Positions 46,001 through 57,572 of a DNA stretch of 64,000 bases are shown piece by piece. The notes under the pieces were generated by a model. That model saw only the letters and a list, made by a program, of their open reading frames with translations, ran no database searches and had not been told where the DNA came from. Origin of the DNA: Azolla caroliniana (lineage: Eukaryota > Plantae > Polypodiophyta); NCBI GenBank assembly GCA_043228905.1, contig JBHGNT010000016.1:14818001-14882000 (forward strand), read 5' to 3'. Position numbers and translations under genes: made by a program. Position 1 is the stretch's first letter, and every line of letters begins with the position of its first letter.

Positions 46001-48803
46001 CCCGTTGGGAAACGGCCATTTCCCGTTCCAACGCTTCCTGTGCTTGCCGTAATTCCCGAATCGCATCTTTGTCTGGTTCGGCTTCGGTGTCGTCCCGCTG
46101 CGGCAAGTATGCGGCTACGGCTTCAGCTACGTCAATCTCGAAGAGTGGTACGATCTTCGGGTGTTCCTCCAAGTACTGGGCTTCTTCGTCGTCTGCCAAT
46201 CCTTCAAGCATGTTCACACATTCCGCATACAGCGGTGTGCATTCCTTACCGTTGCTCGTCCGTGGTTGTGTCGGTACCCGGACCTTGGCTTTTCCGCGCC
46301 AGAAGGTAATCATATTTTTTCGCCAATTTTGCTTGATGTGTGCTGTTTTCAACCATGGTCTGCCCAGCAACAGAGGGTACGCGCCTTGCGCCTGTAGCTG
46401 CAGCACTACAGCCGAGATGTGAAATGTGTGATCTCCTATGGTGACTTCCAATTTCCGTATTAAGCCCGTCGGCCGTACAGAGCTCGTATCCGCCATCCGT
46501 AGCCAGAACGGGCATGGCTCCCATTCATGTATTCCCAAGGCATCACACGTACGGAGGCTTATTACGTTCACCCCGGAACCTCCATCGATTACGGTGCCGG
46601 GAAGTTCGTGCCCTTTGACAATAGCTGTAATCGCCGGACTACTAGTGTCCACCACCGTCGGTCCCTCCTCCGGATTCGAGAAGAGGACTGGTGCCGGTGG
46701 GGCTATACCGTCTGTCATGACCGTTTTTAGTCCTTCTGTGAATCGCGGCACGAGCTGCAAGAGTCTTCCTAATGGTAACGTGATCTGACATTCTTGCAGT
46801 GCTTGCCATGTCTCGTTTTCTGGGTGGCTACCGCCGGCACTCCCTATGGTATTCGCCTTTTGCCGTTCCGCGTCCGCGACGTTCCTTTCATTGGCTTCCT
46901 TCACCCATTCCGTCGCCTGTTTTCGTATGGCCTCTTGTGTTTCCCATTCTTTGGCCATGCCTTTCGACCGTGTGGTTACTTGCTGTAAATCCGCCACTTC
47001 CGGAACCACCATATTAACTGTTGGTCGTTTCTCGTAGCTCTTTACCGGGCACTGGTTACTGTAGTGGCCTTCCTGCCTGCAGTAGTAGCAGTACTCTTTA
47101 CGGGTATTGCTGGATTCAGCATTGCTGGTAGCCGGAGTCGATCCCGTAGTGAGTGGTGCGTTCTGTGCCGGTTGGCTCCTTGGGGTTCCCTGTTCCGGGT
47201 CCCTAGTGTGACCACCTTTCTTGAAATTACGTTTCTTATTATTCTTATTTTTATTTCGGTAGTCCGGTCGTGGTACATCGTAAAATCGGCCGTAGTCCTC
47301 CTGGTGCCTTCGGTAACCCGGGGAATGGTCTCTGTCGTATTGCTCGTGTCGTCTGTTGGGCTCCCGATAACGGTCCGATTGCTCATACCGGTCGTAGTTA
47401 TCACGCCGATTCCCGTACCGGCCATCATTCTCTTGCCTGTCCCCGTACCGGACATCCTGTGCCGGTGGGTACCGGTTCATTCTTTGCCAACGATCGTCAT
47501 CTTCGTCTCGGTTGCTTCTTGGCTCGATCCGTCGGACGGGTGGTGCTTGTAGATTTAACAGGTTGTACTCGCACCGGTCCGTTGTATGACTCTTGGATTG
47601 ACAAATCACACACTGAGTGCGCATGGTGCACTCTACTGCCGAGTGTCCGGCATTCAAGCAGATTGTGCATTGAATTGCCTGCCGGAACCGGAGATCTTCC
47701 TCGGTGGGTAACGCCCGTTGCAGTGTTCCCAGCGTAAGCCATGAGCTTGTCTTTTCCATTTCTCTGACCCGGTCAATGACCTGGTCGATGGTGCATCCTC
47801 GAAAGTCGATTACCGTACACACCGTGCGTAACGGTTCCCGGAGTGCGTTTAAAAATATCGTCCGTAATTCCTCCTCCGGGGGTGCACGGGCAAGCTGGCT
47901 ATGCATTCGTTGGAAACGGATGACGAATTGGGGAATGCTTTCCCCTGCCTCCTGCCGGATCGTATAAAACAGGCCCACCATTGTCGTCTGGTCGACCTCC
48001 TTGTGGAAAAAATGCAAGAATTTTGCTTTTAATTCTGCAAAGGTTGTGATGGTCGCCGGGTCCTGCGTCCGCCGCCATCGTGTCGCCGGTCCCTCCAACG
48101 TGACTCCGAATTCCGCTATCTTCGAGCGTTCTTCTTCCTCCGGTGTCATTCGCTGGGACGTGTGATTTTCTTCCCATGTCTGCTCGAAGTCATGAACATG
48201 CGCTTCCGCGTCCGGGTCATCGCGATACTTTGAGTATTGGAACGGCATGTCGTCGTCCAATATTAGGCCGCGGTTTAGTGGCGTTTGTTGATATCTTTCC
48301 GGTTCTTTCTCCGGTTCCACTTCCGGTTCTTTTGCCGGTGCTTTTTCCGGTTCTTTCGTTGGTGTTGGTGGGTTGACGGCTTCCGTTTGCGGTTCCGGAT
48401 AGCCCTGGTTGAGCGGTTCCGGTTCTGGAGTCGGCACGGTATCCGACCCGTCGTCCTCCGGGCCGCCGGGGGTATCGTTGCTGCTCCGGTAGTTCGTGTG
48501 CACGCTGTATCCCCCTTCGGAATCCGATTCGTAGGCTGAAAAGGCTTCTGCCTCGTTTTCTCCGCTTGCCAGTGCCTCCAGGAGGCGTTCGGTTTCCCGG
48601 AGACTACTTAGACTGCTTCCGTCGTCCTGGTCGCGAGTTTGCCGTAACCGGAGAGATTCCTCCGCGACTCTCCGGATCTCGTTGGAGAACGAACGATCCG
48701 AGCGAATTTCCTGCGCTGCTTGCTGGAAAGTCTCACGCCGTCTTTGCCGTTCGGCGAGGCGTCGAGCTCGGTCTGTAACCAAGTCGTGCGTTGGTCTAGT
48801 CAT
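43005..48803 (-). CDS. gag-pol: Gag-Pol polyprotein, 1932 aa (gag, CCHC knuckles, PR, RT, RNase H, integrase)
   Basis: CTICLNAGHSAVEC, CVICQSKSHTTDRC, CYYCRQEGHYSNQC; VIDGGSGVN; LDGFSGYNQI; FLDDF; VDASDIAIG; WGLDFVGP; YYPQANGLAE; WTGPY. Confidence 0.97.
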   Translation of the reverse strand: MTRPTHDLVTDRARRLAERQRRRETFQQAAQEIRSDRSFSNEIRRVAEESLRLRQTRDQDDGSSLSSLRETERLLEALASGENEAEAFSAYESDSEGGYSVHTNYRSSNDTPGGPEDDGSDTVPTPEPEPLNQGYPEPQTEAVNPPTPTKEPEKAPAKEPEVEPEKEPERYQQTPLNRGLILDDDMPFQYSKYRDDPDAEAHVHDFEQTWEENHTSQRMTPEEEERSKIAEFGVTLEGPATRWRRTQDPATITTFAELKAKFLHFFHKEVDQTTMVGLFYTIRQEAGESIPQFVIRFQRMHSQLARAPPEEELRTIFLNALREPLRTVCTVIDFRGCTIDQVIDRVREMEKTSSWLTLGTLQRALPTEEDLRFRQAIQCTICLNAGHSAVECTMRTQCVICQSKSHTTDRCEYNLLNLQAPPVRRIEPRSNRDEDDDRWQRMNRYPPAQDVRYGDRQENDGRYGNRRDNYDRYEQSDRYREPNRRHEQYDRDHSPGYRRHQEDYGRFYDVPRPDYRNKNKNNKKRNFKKGGHTRDPEQGTPRSQPAQNAPLTTGSTPATSNAESSNTRKEYCYYCRQEGHYSNQCPVKSYEKRPTVNMVVPEVADLQQVTTRSKGMAKEWETQEAIRKQATEWVKEANERNVADAERQKANTIGSAGGSHPENETWQALQECQITLPLGRLLQLVPRFTEGLKTVMTDGIAPPAPVLFSNPEEGPTVVDTSSPAITAIVKGHELPGTVIDGGSGVNVISLRTCDALGIHEWEPCPFWLRMADTSSVRPTGLIRKLEVTIGDHTFHISAVVLQLQAQGAYPLLLGRPWLKTAHIKQNWRKNMITFWRGKAKVRVPTQPRTSNGKECTPLYAECVNMLEGLADDEEAQYLEEHPKIVPLFEIDVAEAVAAYLPQRDDTEAEPDKDAIRELRQAQEALEREMAVSQRVKASQLDEVNLGSKDESKPVHIAKEMKPKDKAAMIKLLTEFRDVFAWSYEDMRGLDPQLYQHQIHLGKDAKPVAQRRYRMNPNYAAKVKEEIDKLLRVGFIRPVKKATWLSPIVVVPKKNGKIRVCVDYRKLNAATITDAFPLPFTDGVLDAVAGHEVYSFLDGFSGYNQIRMNPDDQEKTAFVTEWGVFVAEVMMFGLKTAPATFQRIIMEIFGEYIPAFMQVFLDDFAVYSRGKDHLQHLRLCLEKCRLYRLSLNPAKCIFGVSSGILLGHIVSKEGIVVDPDKVNAILGAPAPKTAKALSRFLGQIRWHNRMLRHLADLATPLHTAVHRTPFQWTDTEDKAYNALKVLLSQAPVVQPPDWSKEFHVFVDASDIAIGSALMQLTEPKWYRPVYYASRKLSQAEKNYSTTEREALGMIYSVTKFRHYLLGRKFSFHVDHSALLYLVSKASLTGKLARWTLLLQEFEFEIFHRPGIQHAVADYLSRLESGEPGDGVADEFPDAELFCITPETAADDTVASEDKWLTNMHQFLSTGLPPEEMNRDERKRLAVQSRNFCLLRDTLYHKGADGIWRRAVRSDEKEVILREAHCGVAGGHYAGEATARKVWQSGLWWPMTLKDAVKYAKECDLCQRMGQPTEQARMPHQPVLPLEPFQKWGLDFVGPFKPPAMRTGNRYVIVATDYCTKWVEAKALRDNTASSTAKFLYENIWCRYGCPIELISDQGGHFLGQVVESLTTFYAVVHKRSTPYYPQANGLAESTNKTLQNILRKIVNENRTDWDTKLHSALWAYRTAYKTSIRTTPFRLAFGLEAVMPVEFQVPSLRIQLRERLNEKKSEEMRLAALCELEEQRLASILHMELEQRRRKAFVDRHRKGNEKMFEIGKPVLVFQTRMGKMPGKLRFRWTGPYWLTREYNGSYQIGTLAGEVLGKWVNGFRLKPYKGPMPKNPFMQQTGTIPGTCPGSVRIDPEEKDDGEPVAETKEDTATRKENGQGPKGPTDV

Positions 48804-48854
48804 CCATTACCGCCGTTCGCTGCGAGAAAGCAGGAATCGTGGTCGCCAAAACTG

Positions 48855-49274
48855 TGTTATTCGCTTAGCCGGACAAGGCCTAACACAAGGTGTCACGGAG
48901 ACACTTCACCAAAGGGTGATTATGGCATAGGATTAAGATTCAACGATTACACCAACTTACGTAGGTTACACGATTAGAATGCTTTGGTTAATTACACGCG
49001 TAAGATATAACAGTAATTACAGAACGGAAATCAAGACAGAAGTATAAACATCATAAGCTCTATTAATTATCCGCTGTCATTACAATGGGTTCCGGGCCTT
49101 TAAATAGGTTTCCGGCCCGTAGTACAAAACGGTGCCTCTCGCACCTATTCGGGATCCGTCCGGATCTGGAACGGCATACCGTTTCCAGTCCGTCCGTCCA
49201 CACTATGCTCATTTACAACCATATCTAATTAATTCCTTCACTCCGTATTTTGGACTCCTTGCCGGCCGGTAACA
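48855..49274 (-). repeat. 5' LTR
   Basis: Copy of 39455-39874; followed by GATTT. Confidence 0.97.
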
Positions 49275-51697
49275 GATTTCCTTGAGTTCCTTCCGCTTGA
49301 GCAGATGACATCAGGTCGTTATTTTGAGCCATTGAATGATTATTTCTGGCAAAGAAATAGGATAAGGTCAGAAAAATAGTCATAACATCATGTCGTGATG
49401 TAAACATATCATGGGCAAACATTAATCGATATCATGATCTCACGTCAATACCCCTCTAGATGTATGAGATGAGGTTCAAGATCAGCTTACTATGGTGTTT
49501 TAAAAACCATGGGGGTGACAAATTAATGTCTTTCCCTGATCTCTATATCGATTTTTTCATGGTGGCTCCCCAAGGCTCAACCATGTATGTTCGCGTCATG
49601 AGTAGTTTATACACACAAAAAAATGTTAACAATAAACTATGTTTCTGTGCCCACATATGTGGTTTCGGCTCTTTAAGTCCTCTATTACGAGGACCCCGAA
49701 GTGCACTTAGACCTCAAGTCTAAACATGTGTTATAGTCATATGTATCAACGATGTTGTATGGTCTTGGTTATATTTGAACTCGAGACCTCGAAAACAAAT
49801 GCATTAAACACTTGAGCCAACCAAGTAGGTTGCTCTTCTTGAATGTTTAATGTTTTATGCATAGAGATATGCGAGCCATTTGCCCATATATGTTTTTTTA
49901 AAAGAAACATATATGTCAAGAGTCCTTATTTCCCCCTCGTTTACTACAAAATATGTTGGTCCGTTACCTAACCTCAAGTCTCGTAATTACGATGGCATAT
50001 GCCAAAGTGCAACCTAATGGTCAAGCCAAATGAACCCTCTTTTCATAGTAGGCCCACGTGGCCCATCACATGGTTACGTCATTACGAATGCCTTTCGTAA
50101 GAATGATCTCATGGTGGCATCGTATCCATGTAACGAGGGAGGGATGTTGGATATGTGTGTCATAGGAGCAACCTCACATGAAGTGGGTTAAGCCCTACGT
50201 ACTCAACACCATTGTGGCTATGATTGTTTCATTACGTAACAAAATATCAAAGTGACCAACAGGGATGTCAACAAAAAATTGTTGAAAAAAGGATGGTGAC
50301 AACGCCATTCTCACAAAAATGTGAGGACAGCCACCAAGATCCTTTCCCCGAAAAGGAAAACATTCGATATAAAGATTGCGTAATATCAAATATACACATA
50401 TGTTTATTTATCACATATATACGATGAAATACGTATACACGTGACCACATATGCGTATAATTAAAAAAAATCGTAACATCAAATAGCCAACATATAATGA
50501 AATCGAGACACGTAATCGAGGCATGTAGCCTCTACACACACGAAACATCCAAAAATAAGGGTTAATCATAATACACAATTGAGGTATTGACCTCATATGC
50601 ATACGACATCAAACGCATATCATTTACTTCGAAATCGAGGTATTGTATACGTAACATATGTATGTGAGCGTAATACGCAATTGAGGTATTAACCTCGTAT
50701 GCATACGACACTAATCACATATTAAAGATATGTCAAATGAGGTATTGACCTCATACACATATGTAAACGTTTTATACAACCAATTAATTACCACTACAAC
50801 ATCATTGAATTAATGAAAACAATTACATATAGACTATACACATGATTAGATGGGAGAAGAAAAAATAGAAAAAAAAAGGAAAGAGTTACCGAAGTTCCTT
50901 TGTTGATCGTTGTCTGGATCAAGGCCGACCGCACATCGATCGATCACCATCAATCAACAAAACAAAAGACAACAAAAGAAACATTAGCACATGAGCTCGG
51001 ATACCAACTATTAGAGACATGAACTCATGTAAGCATTAGATAAGGATAGAATATAGATAAATATCTTATAGAAAGGAGAGAGAGAAAGAAGGGTGTCGAT
51101 CCACCTGACCACCCCCAAGCGAAGGGATCGAGACGGACTCGAGCCTCGATCGGCATCCCATACCACCGTCATGGCGTCGAGTCGTACCTAGTGTTGGCGC
51201 GCTCGCTACAAGAGTTGACCCACCACAAGACAAAGTCTCGACGTAGTCAACAAGATGATGAAATGAGGGTAGCTAGGCCTCTTATTTATAGCGATACCCA
51301 AGGCCCCCAGGCAAGTTCACACTTGGCCTAATGGGTTGTCTCAATCCCGAGGATTAAAAGTAATCCTCCCCTTCTTTACACTCTCGTTTAACCCTCACAC
51401 TTATCCACGTGTATAGAATGCTACGGTAAATTCTCACCACGAGATATTATATGGTCATGCCCGTAACAGAGGATGTCTACTAGAGAGAAAATGATTGACA
51501 TGCAAGCAAAGCCAAAGACAGATCAAAGATCCATCAAGGAGCTCGAGAGCTAGAACAAGCTTGAAGCATATCGACGAGAATTGGAATCAGATATGAGTCG
51601 ATTCGAGCAAACAAGTCGACTCAGAGGTAAATCGATCCAAACAAGTTGATCCAACCGACTCGAACAACACACAATCCAGAAGATCGGCTGAATTATG

Positions 51698-52351
51698 TGA
51701 TGAGAAATTAATCGTCACTTTCGAAACTTCACCTCTTGGCCACAACCAAGGGAACACACGAATCGTTGTTGCAGAAAATGGGAAATGCGAAAAATAGAGT
51801 GGACACATGATTTAACGTGGAAAACCCTATACGGGAAAAACCACGGGAGTACAACACTCCAAACCAAAACTATGCACAGAGAAATGTACAATGGCGAGCT
51901 GCAAGGCGACGACCTTGAGCTCGCTGTCCTCGCCACAGGCGGCGGAAATACACAGAGGCGTCGACCTCTTCCTCTCTCACGCTCTATCTCTCTCATGGCT
52001 GCTCTCTCTTCACTCCTCTTTGAGTGGAAAAACAGAAAAATGAGTAGCAACGACTAAACTATTTGCCCTAAGTCATATTTATACACATATGACTTTCGGG
52101 CTATTTACAAATATAGCCTCAAGGGCCCTTGGCAAACATATTCGCAAATATGTCCCCGCATCCGGATCTCTCTCCGGGTACATTCGTCATCCGGCTCCGT
52201 AGCCGGGGTCTTCAGCATCCGGCTCCGTAGCCGGGGTACTCTTCATCCGGCTTCATGCCGGGTACTCTTCATCATCCGGTTCCGAAACCGCAACCGGGCT
52301 TGCCGTCATTCATCTCCGGACATCCCATCCGGAGGGACCGTAATCCCAACC
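51698..52351 (-). repeat. Copia 3' LTR
   Basis: Matches 56462-57115; the inner terminal base is altered (CC instead of CA on the + strand). Confidence 0.95.
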
Positions 52352-52361
52352 AACTCCCCCT

Positions 52362-55300
52362 TCACTTCGGCATGGGATGTCTCTCCAATCCGATCCTTTT
52401 CCGGCATGCTTCCAGCTTGTCGGGTGTGAGTACCTTGGTCAGCATATCCGACCCGTTCTCGTCCGTGTGGATCTTCGTCAGCATGAACTCCTTGTCTTCT
52501 ATCCTTTCCCGGATCCAGTGGTATCTACGCTGGATGTGCTTCGTCCGGGAGTGATAGGCCGCATTCTTCGCAAGGTGGATGGCACTCTGACTGTCGCAGT
52601 AGAGTCGGTATTCCTCCTGCCGGATACCGAGCTCTCTAATGAAGTCCTTCATCCATATTATTTCCTTGCCGGCTTCAACAGCCGCCATGTACTCCGCCTC
52701 CGTGGTTGACAACGCAACCGTCTTCTGCAGCCTCGACTGCCACGAAACAGCTCCCCCTGCATACGTCATCACATACCTTGATGTGGACCGGCTGGTATCT
52801 ACATCAGCTGACATATCCGAATCGGTAAAGCCGTCGAGTTCGGGCTTACCGGAGCCGAATCGGAGGCACACGTTTGCCGTGCCCTTCAGGTATCGGAGTA
52901 TCCACTTGACCGCGTTCCAGTGCTCTTTGCCGGGATTGCTCATGTACCGGCTCACCACTCCGACTGCGTATCCTATGTCCGGTCTTGTACACACCATTGC
53001 GTACATCAAGCTTCCGACGGCAGAGGCATATGGTACTTTCATCATGTCCTCCTTCTCAGCCTTTGTCTTGGGGCTTTGCTTGCTGGACAACTTGCAGTTT
53101 GCCGGGAGGGTTGACCCGACCGGTCTTGCTTCCGACATGTTGAACCGGTGAAGCACCTTTGTCACGTACTTCTCCTGTGACAGCCACAACTGCTTCTTCT
53201 TCCGGTTCCGGATGATGTGCATCCCTAGTATCTGCCTCGCCGGACCCAGGTCCTTCATTGAGAAAGTTCGGTGAATCGCTTTCTTCAGCATCGTATCTTG
53301 GCCTGGTCCCGTCCGACGATCAACATGTCGTCCACGTACAGGAGGAGTATTAGAAAGTCTCCTCCTTCGAACTTCTTCACAAACACGCAGTGATCGGACT
53401 GCGTTTTGTGGTAGCCTTCGTCGGTCATGAAAGAGTCGAACTTCCGGTACCATTGCCGGGGAGCCTGCTTCAGTCCGTAAAGGCTCTTCTTCAACCGGCA
53501 TACCAAGTGCTCCTTCCCTTTCTTCTCGAATCCTTCCGGTTGCTGCATGTAGATCTCTTCTTCGAGGTCACCGTGAAGGAATGCCGTCTTCACGTCCATC
53601 TGTTCTACCTCGAGGTCCACGCTTGCCGCTATGCTCAGCACTGTCCGGATGGAGGTCATCTTCACTACCGGGGCAAATATCTCGTCGAAGTCGACGCCCT
53701 TCTTCTGCTGGAACCCCTTCACTACGATCCTGGCTTTGTATCTCGGGGGGTTTCCGACATCTCCCGGTTTCAGCTTGAACACCCACTTGTTTCGAAGTGC
53801 CCGCTTTCCTTTCGGCAACTCCACAAGTTCATATGTGTGGTTCTCATGCAGGGAATCCATCTCCTCCTGCATGGCACTTAACCACCTGCGGCTATGGGTG
53901 TCAAGTTTTGCTTCTTCAAAGCTCTCCGGCTCCCCCTCGTCGGTTAGCAGCACGTGCTCTGGTTCCGGAAATCTCCGGGGGGCCCTTCTCTCTCTTAGAG
54001 GATATCTCCGTTCCGGAGCTTCGGTAACCGGCTCCTCCGTTTCCTCTTCATCCGAATCCATTTCGGGATCGGGGCCGGTTCCGGTATCAGTTTCATCTTC
54101 CTCGGCCGGTTCTGTTTCTTCACCGTCTTCGGTCGGATCCTCGAGTGCTAACCGGTCCCTTGCCGGTCGGGACTGCTCTTCGTAGAGTTGATCCTCACCG
54201 GTCGACTTGGAGCTCTTCATCTTCTTCTCCGACTCCCAGTCGGCGAGTGTCTTGTCCTCCATGAAGATGATATCTCGACTCCTGAATATCTTCTTGTCGA
54301 CCGGGTCCCATACTCGGTAGCCGAACTCGTCGTCGCCGTAACCGAGGAATATGCATGGCCGGGTCTTTGGATCTAACTTTCCTCTCCGGTCCTTTGCCAC
54401 ATGCACGTATGCGAGACACCCGAACACTTTCAGATGCCGGTAGGACACTTCCTTACCGGTCCACACTTTCTGCGGCGTGTCTCCGTCCAAAGGTACTGAG
54501 GGTGATCTATTTATCACATACGTCGCCGTCGACATTGCCTCAGCCCAAAATCCCTTGGGTAATTTCGCATGTGCTAGCATACTCCGGACCCTCTCCATTA
54601 TGGTCCGGTTCATCCTCTCGGCTAGCCCGTTCAGTTCCGGCGTCTTCGGCACAGTAAACTCGAGCCGGATTCCCTTCGAGCGACAGTACTCCGCGAACTG
54701 CCCCCGGTATTCCCCTCCGTTATCCGCTCGTATCGCTTTCAGCTTCTTGCCGGATTCCCTTTCCACTCTCGCGTGGAGTTCTTTGAAGACGCCCAACACT
54801 TGGTCCTTTGTCTTCAACGGTGCCGTCCACAGCTTCCGGCTGTGATCATCAATGAATGTCACGAAGTACTGGGCTCAGCCATGTGACTTCGTTTCTACGT
54901 GACACACATCAGTGTGTACCAACTCCAATGGTACACTACGTCTCGTCGGTGGCCTTGAGTGGAAGGAGGTTCGGTTCTGCTTACCGGCCAGGCAATCGGT
55001 GCACCTCTCCAGGTGCACATGCTTCACTGGAATGAGGTTGTCTTGTGCAAGCCTCTTCATCCCCTTCTCACTCATGTGGCACAGTCTCTTGTGCCACAGC
55101 TCACCGGCAGTGTCGGCTGCCACATTCAGCTCTTCCGGACATAACCGGGCATTCATCAGGTACAGTGTGTTGACTTTCCGGGCCCGAGCCACTATCAGGC
55201 TCCCCTTGCTGAACTTCATTACGCCGTTCCGGATGCTACCTGTGTAGCCTTCATCGTCTAGCCTCCCGGCCGAAATCAGGTTCAATCGAACCTCCGGAAC

Positions 55301-56431
55301 GTGTCGGACATCCTTCAGCAGCATTTTGCATCCGGTCGGGGTTGTCAACCACACGTCTCCTATGCCGGCAATCCGGCACGTACCTTCATTTCCCATCCGA
55401 ACACAGCCATGCGCACCGGCTGTGTAGGATGAGAAGTATCTTCTCTCCGGGGTCAGGTGGAACGATTCTCCGGAATCGACCACCCAGGTCGTCTCATCGC
55501 CGGCAATGTTTAGTTCACCTTCTTCGGTGATGAGCATGATTTCTTCCTCACTTGCCGTGAGTGCCGTCGTTCCTTTCCGGTCCTGCCCTCGCCGATCCGG
55601 ACCTCTCCGGTCCGTGGCTCCCCGGTATGCACCGTTTCTCTCCGGTGACTTCTTCGAGTCGGTGTCGTCGGCTCCGTTGTCCTTTCGGTAATGCCGACAA
55701 TTCTTCCGGAAGTGCCCCGGCTTCCCACAGTGGAAGCATGTGGGTCTTCCTCTTGACTGTGACCGGGTCCCCGACTTCTCCCGTCTTTGCGGACTCCGGT
55801 TCCATTGTCTTCCCCGTTCCGATTCGGTAAGCAGCGCCTTCGAGTCGGAGGCCGGTTCTTTATCTCTCCGACGCGCTTCTTCGTTCAAAATGCTTGTCTT
55901 TACCGTTTGTAGAGACAAGTTATCTTCGGTGCAGGAGGTGCTGAGAGTCACCACCAGGTTCTCCCAGCTTTTCGGCAATGTACACATCAGGATGATGGCT
56001 TGCATTGCATCCTCCAACGGGAACTTGATCGCCGCAAGCTGGTTCACGAATCCCATGAACGTGCTTACATGTTCCACCATACTCTCGCCGTCCCGGTACT
56101 TGAGGTTCACTATCTTCCTCATCAGGGAGGTCCGGTTCACTATCTTCCTCTCGTAGAGGCCCGACAGCTTCCGCCACATCTCATATGCGTTGATGTCGTT
56201 CGCCACATGTTGTAGAACGCTCACGTCTACGTATTGCCGAATGGTTGCAACGGCTTTCCGGTTCAGAAGCCTCCATTCCGACTCAAGTACTCCCTTCGGT
56301 ATTTCCGACCTGTCAATCGGTTCGTACAGGTCCCGAACAATCAGAAGATCCTCCATCTTGATCTTCCAGTCGGCGTAATTCTGCGCATTCAGCACCATCA
56401 TCCCCGGCTGCCCGCTGTCGCCGCCTTCCAT
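52362..56431 (-). pseudogene. gag-pol: Copia gag-pol with one in-frame stop (~54875) and one frameshift (~53290)
   Basis: MEGGDSG...CFHCGKPGHFRKNC...WVVDSG...LWHKRLCHMS...VHTDV; TPELNGLAERMNRT; YVDDMLI; SDMSAD...LSTTEAEY...TKHI. Confidence 0.93.
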
Positions 56432-56461
56432 TTTCTGCAGCAGTTCGCTCTGATACCAAAT

Positions 56462-57115
56462 TGATGAGAAATTAATCGTCACTTTCGAAACTTCACCTCT
56501 TGGCCACAACCAAGGGAACACACGAATCGTTGTTGCAGAAAATGGGAAATGCGAAAAATAGAGTGGACACACGATTTAACGTGGAAAACCCTATACGGGA
56601 AAAACCACGGGAGTACAACACTCCAAACCAAAACTATGCACAGAGAAATGTACAATGGCGAGCTGCAAGGCGACGACCTTGAGCTCGCTGTCCTCGCCAC
56701 AGGCGGCGGAAATACACAGAGGCGTCGACCTCTTCCTCTCTCACGCTCTATCTCTCTCACGGCTGCTCTCTCTTCACTCCTCTTTGAGTGGAAAAACAGA
56801 AAAATGAGTAGCAACGACTAAACTGTTTGCCCTAAGTCATATTTATACACATATGACTTTCGGGCTATTTACAAATATAGCCTCAAGGGCCCTTGGCAAA
56901 CATATTCGCAAATATGTCCCCGCATCCGGATCTCTCTCCGGGTACATTCGTCATCCGGCTCCGTAGCCGGGGTCTTCAGCATCCGGCTCCGTAGCCGGGG
57001 TACTCTTCATCCGGCTTCATGCCGGGTACTCTTCATCATCCGGTTCCGAAACCGCAACCGGGCTTGCCGTCATTCATCTCCGGACATCCCATCCGGAGGG
57101 ACCGTAATCCCAACA
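56462..57115 (-). repeat. Copia 5' LTR
   Basis: TGATG...CAACA; followed by TSD TTATG. Confidence 0.96.
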
Positions 57116-57447
57116 TTATGCTAGACACCGACCTTACCTTTGTTGGTTCGGCCAAATGCTGACAGTCTTGTATGTATACTTGTAACTATAGATTATATTT
57201 GTAATCTAAGTTCACGGGGGAGATAACCCCAATTATTAGTATACATAGAAAAGAGTAGCCCTTTTACAAGGGAGTTTGTTGGCATAAAAGGCTGACTCCT
57301 TCCACTTTGTATCCTTAGTGTGGACACATTCTCTAGTTAGGGCTAGAGTATGTAAGCTCAAGCCTAACATTGTAAAGAATTATCTTGGAGTGAAAAAGGT
57401 TGCAAAGAAGAGAATAAGAGAAAACTTCCATTAAAGCTTAATCTGTG

Positions 57448-57541
57448 TGTTAAGAATTAGGTAAGTAATTAAGCAAGGGTTAATTAGTACCTAATTATGT
57501 GATTAGTTGATAAGCAGAAGATTAAGTGATATGTGTGTGTA

Positions 57542-57572
<31 letters not shown>

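Larger units (their letters stand above)
39455..49274 (-). mobile_element. Intact, very young non-chromovirus Ty3/gypsy with an additional 3' ORF
   Basis: 420-bp LTRs at 39455-39874 and 48855-49274 (two differences seen by eye); TSD GATTT; PBS-like TGGCGACCACG on the minus strand; uninterrupted ORFs. Confidence 0.97.
30255..51468 (-). mobile_element. Degraded Ty3/gypsy host element, 3'-truncated, split by two younger gypsy insertions
   Basis: gag (39232-39438, 38569-39099, continuing at 49280-~49335), PR/RT (37555-38439, FDSGSSHNF), RT/RH (36331-37494, FLDDILVYS), integrase (35469-36125) continuing at 30255-30330 (RFYVDHPRQLRVFHPGQKVFLRV). The 5' LTR boundary (~49460-51468, ending GTAACA) is tentative. 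Confidence 0.75.
51698..57115 (-). mobile_element. Young full-length Ty1/copia (Tnt1/Tork-like)
   Basis: 654-bp LTRs at 51698-52351 and 56462-57115 (about 4 differences by eye); TSD TTATG; PBS TGGTATCAGAGC; PPT AAGGGGGAGTT. Confidence 0.97.
51470..57447 (+). mobile_element. Old copia 3' region/LTR (51470-51697 plus 57121-57447, resuming after 60916) hosting two younger copia insertions
   Basis: Inverted similarity to 23140-23700 (e.g. GGGAGTTTGTTGGCATAAAAGGCTGACTCCTTCCACTTTGTATC); continuous across both TSDs. Confidence 0.65.

Noticed and set aside
40431-48977. Numerous plus-strand ORFs
   Set aside because: Antisense shadows of GC-rich gag-pol and the extra ORF.
51587-52057. Duplicated 90-111 aa ORFs (also 56479-56821)
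   Set aside because: They lie within the copia LTRs and are duplicated only because the LTRs are.
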